Of a stretch of DNA of 64,000 bases, positions 61,374-64,000 are shown piece after piece (positions within the stretch are counted from its first letter, which is position 1; each line of letters opens with the position of its first letter). A model generated the notes under the pieces. The model searched no databases, was not told where the DNA came from, and was given only the letters and a program-made list of their open reading frames with translations. Origin of the DNA: Octopus bimaculoides (Eukaryota); the NCBI RefSeq assembly GCF_001194135.2, contig NC_069003.1, positions 33,126,990-33,190,989 of the forward strand. Direction: 5' to 3'. The position numbers and the translations under genes were made by a program.

Positions 61374-63229
61374 CTGCAACAAAAACCAAAACAGAAAAGT
61401 GAACCTTTGTCCTACATCTCATCTGATATTTTATGTGCTTATCTAATAACATTAATATCTCCAGGGTTAGTCTTTAACAGTTTTCATATCAATCAACTTG
61501 AAACCGACTTGGTTTCTTCTGTGCACAACAATTTTAAATTGTTACTGTCTAAAATTCAGGCAGTGATTCTCAATCACTTTTTGCTTATAGACCCCTTTGA
61601 TTCCTATTTTATTCTCCTGGATCCTCATAGCCCTTTGACGTTTAAAAAAATCCTATTATTATATTTTTATAATTAAATATTATAAGGAATTATATAAAAA
61701 AAAGTTGTTAAAATATTTTGTGAACTGCAGAAGTATAACCAGGTTGTCTAGTATAAGTCTACCTATTCAAATCTCACATCTGTGTCCATTATGATTATAG
61801 AGCCTACAGAACTCTAGAGGTGATTCTATTTGAATAGAAATATCTCCAAAGTTCTGAAGGTGCTATAAACAGAATGGGCGTAAATGTGAGATTTGAACTT
61901 GTGACCTTATGATCACGTATTCTTGTAATGTAGCACCTTCACCATGCAGTGAAGAGTCTGCTTAACATTCATCTGCAGAACTTTGAGCTATCAGCTGTTT
62001 ATCCATTTTAGAGCAACACGAAATTTCAAATGACACAATGATGATGATGATGATGATAAAGTCTTTGGGGAGTTTTAATGGAAATGTTGATAGATAACGA
62101 TATGCTAATTATTGTAATTATGATCTAATTTAGGCAAGCGACATGTTAAAGAGCAAAAGTAACTGATAACACACTCATTTTCTGTGATAAGAGCTAACGA
62201 CAGACTAATGATGTGATTAATGGTTGGGGTAACTTTGGATGCATAGCTTTTTGGTTAAGAATTTTACTTCAGAATTCTGAGCTTCTTCCTGTGTGGTATC
62301 TTGGGTAAGTGTTTTCTGCCATAGCTTCAGGTCGATCACAGCCTTTTAACAGAAATGAATGAGATGGAAACTGTGTGGAAGTCTGTGAAAGTGCCAAGCC
62401 CTTTGGAGGATGGTAAATCTGTCTCTTGACAGTTAGAGTGTTGGACAAAATGCTTGTGATATTTAGTCAAAACCTTTTACATTTTGAGTTCAAATCCTAA
62501 TGAGGTCAAACTTGCTCTTCATCCCAGTCAAGTAGTTGGGTGAGTCTATTTCATAATTTTGGTGTAGATGAGTCTCTATGGTAAGAAATTTGATATGCAG
62601 CCACAATAGCTGAGACCTTTGGCATTATGTTGTGCTAAAGAAGACCCATCAAGCTGAACAAGATCACAGTTGTGACAGATACTGGTATCACACAAATGGC
62701 ACCTGTACCAGTGGCATGTAAAAACACCCATTATACTCTCAGAGTGGTTGGTGTTTGGAAAGGCATCCAGCCATAGAAAACCATGTCAAATCAGACTGGA
62801 GTCTGGTGCAGCCTTCCAGCTTACCAGCCCTAGTCAAAACATCCAACCCATGTCAGCATGGACAATGGACGTTAAATGATGATGATGGTTCTGGGTCCAG
62901 TCCCATTAGATGGCATCATGAGCAAGTGTCTTCTACTCTAGTCCCAGGCCAATCAAGAATGTAAAGATGGGCAAAATGCCACAAAGCATTTTGTCTGGCA
63001 AGCTCACCTTCTTATCAACTTCCTATAATAATACTAACAACATTTTCTCATGTAGGTTCAAGTCTACAAATTTTAAGACATGAAAGGGAATTGCTGATTA
63101 AATTGACCGGTCCTCATTTTAACAGAATGGAAAAATGAAAGGTGAAGTTGACCATGGTAGGATTTGATCTCAGAACAAACTGATGTAACTAAATTCTGCT
63201 AAGTTTTTGTGTGGATCAATTTTTGCCTT

Positions 63230-63442
63230 TTAACTCTTTTGAAACCATCTGGCCCTGTAGTACAAATGTCTTGTTTTCTAAAAGTTTTGCATTGAAATCT
63301 TCCTCCAAACCTTAGTCACAATTTATGTTCTTAACACGAGCTTAATGATAACTAAGTCATTTGACTAAATTCTTTGTTATATTTAAAATTAATTGGAAGA
63401 AACACAGAGCATCTCAACAGAAATATGGTAACAAAAGAGTTG
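63230..63442. mobile_element. piggyBac-like (TTAA) MITE; truncated inverted copy at 6234-6390
   Basis: Termini ttaactcttttgaaacca / tggtaacaaaagagttg; reverse complement aligns to 6234-6390, which starts TTAACCCTTTCGTTACC. Confidence 0.6.
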
Positions 63443-63828
63443 TTTCCAGTACTGGAAACATTATCGGTTATGTATTGATAATTGAAATATCTATCACCAA
63501 TGTATAACTGGTATCGAGAGGGGTGGTGTTCACAGCCAATGACGGATATTTTGGGTAGTCAATCGACCTGCGACAAACAAAAACACAAGGTAGCCACAGT
63601 TTTGATTAAGGCTGGTCTGTAGCTAGATAACAACATGACAGGGAAATATTCTTAAGATCTTCATGGATGGCATAAACAAGTAAGCCACAAGAGCAAGAAA
63701 GAAGCACGGAAATATAAATATAAATAAACGTGTAGAAATGTAAAGCAGGAAGTTATGAAGTTAATGTCTTGCTACTAGAACACTTGAAGCGGTTGTATGT
63801 TAGAACAAAAATTGTTTAGAAGATAATT

Positions 63829-63860
<32 letters not shown>

Positions 63861-63898
63861 CAAATAGATAGAGAGAGTGAGAGTAAAGGTCGTTATAT

Positions 63899-63963
<65 letters not shown>

Positions 63964-63964
63964 A

Positions 63965-64000
<36 letters not shown>

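Noticed and set aside
63460-63800. Slightly CpG-enriched region with CCAAT/TGACG and a plus-strand ATGGATGGCATAAACAA|GTAAGC mini-exon
   Set aside because: Signals too short and common to support a promoter or a divergent gene without expression data

Overview
This is AT-rich, microsatellite- and SINE-saturated metazoan genomic DNA with 12 assembly gaps. The repeat landscape looks like an octopus/coleoid cephalopod (inference). The window is dominated by one minus-strand gene, WASHC2/FAM21 (WASH complex subunit 2). I reconstructed 25 coding exons by hand (v1-v25, 2,721 nt = 907 codons), all GT-AG and phase-compatible with no internal stop. They encode the conserved N-terminal head (VWERPW..WSL.GDAG, NNVFNDF.ML.N.QFVENRVY, YI.RPLP.LIG) and many acidic LFa retromer-binding motifs. 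The start codon was not confidently found and the C-terminus lies left of base 1. One intron is 34.5 kb and holds most of the gaps. The introns carry tRNA-type SINEs, RTE and R4-like LINE remnants, an internally deleted Tc1/mariner, hAT MITEs with intact 8-bp TSDs, piggyBac-like MITEs, a Helitron 3' end and a Penelope-like fragment. Most listed ORFs are microsatellite or N-run artefacts. The best leads are hammerhead-ribozyme-like motifs in intronic retroelement fragments, a SINE that appears to supply the polypyrimidine tract of a conserved exon, an interleaved double inverted repeat, a pre-miRNA-like hairpin, and inverted SINE pairs flanking exons. No prokaryotic-type system (CRISPR etc.) is present.
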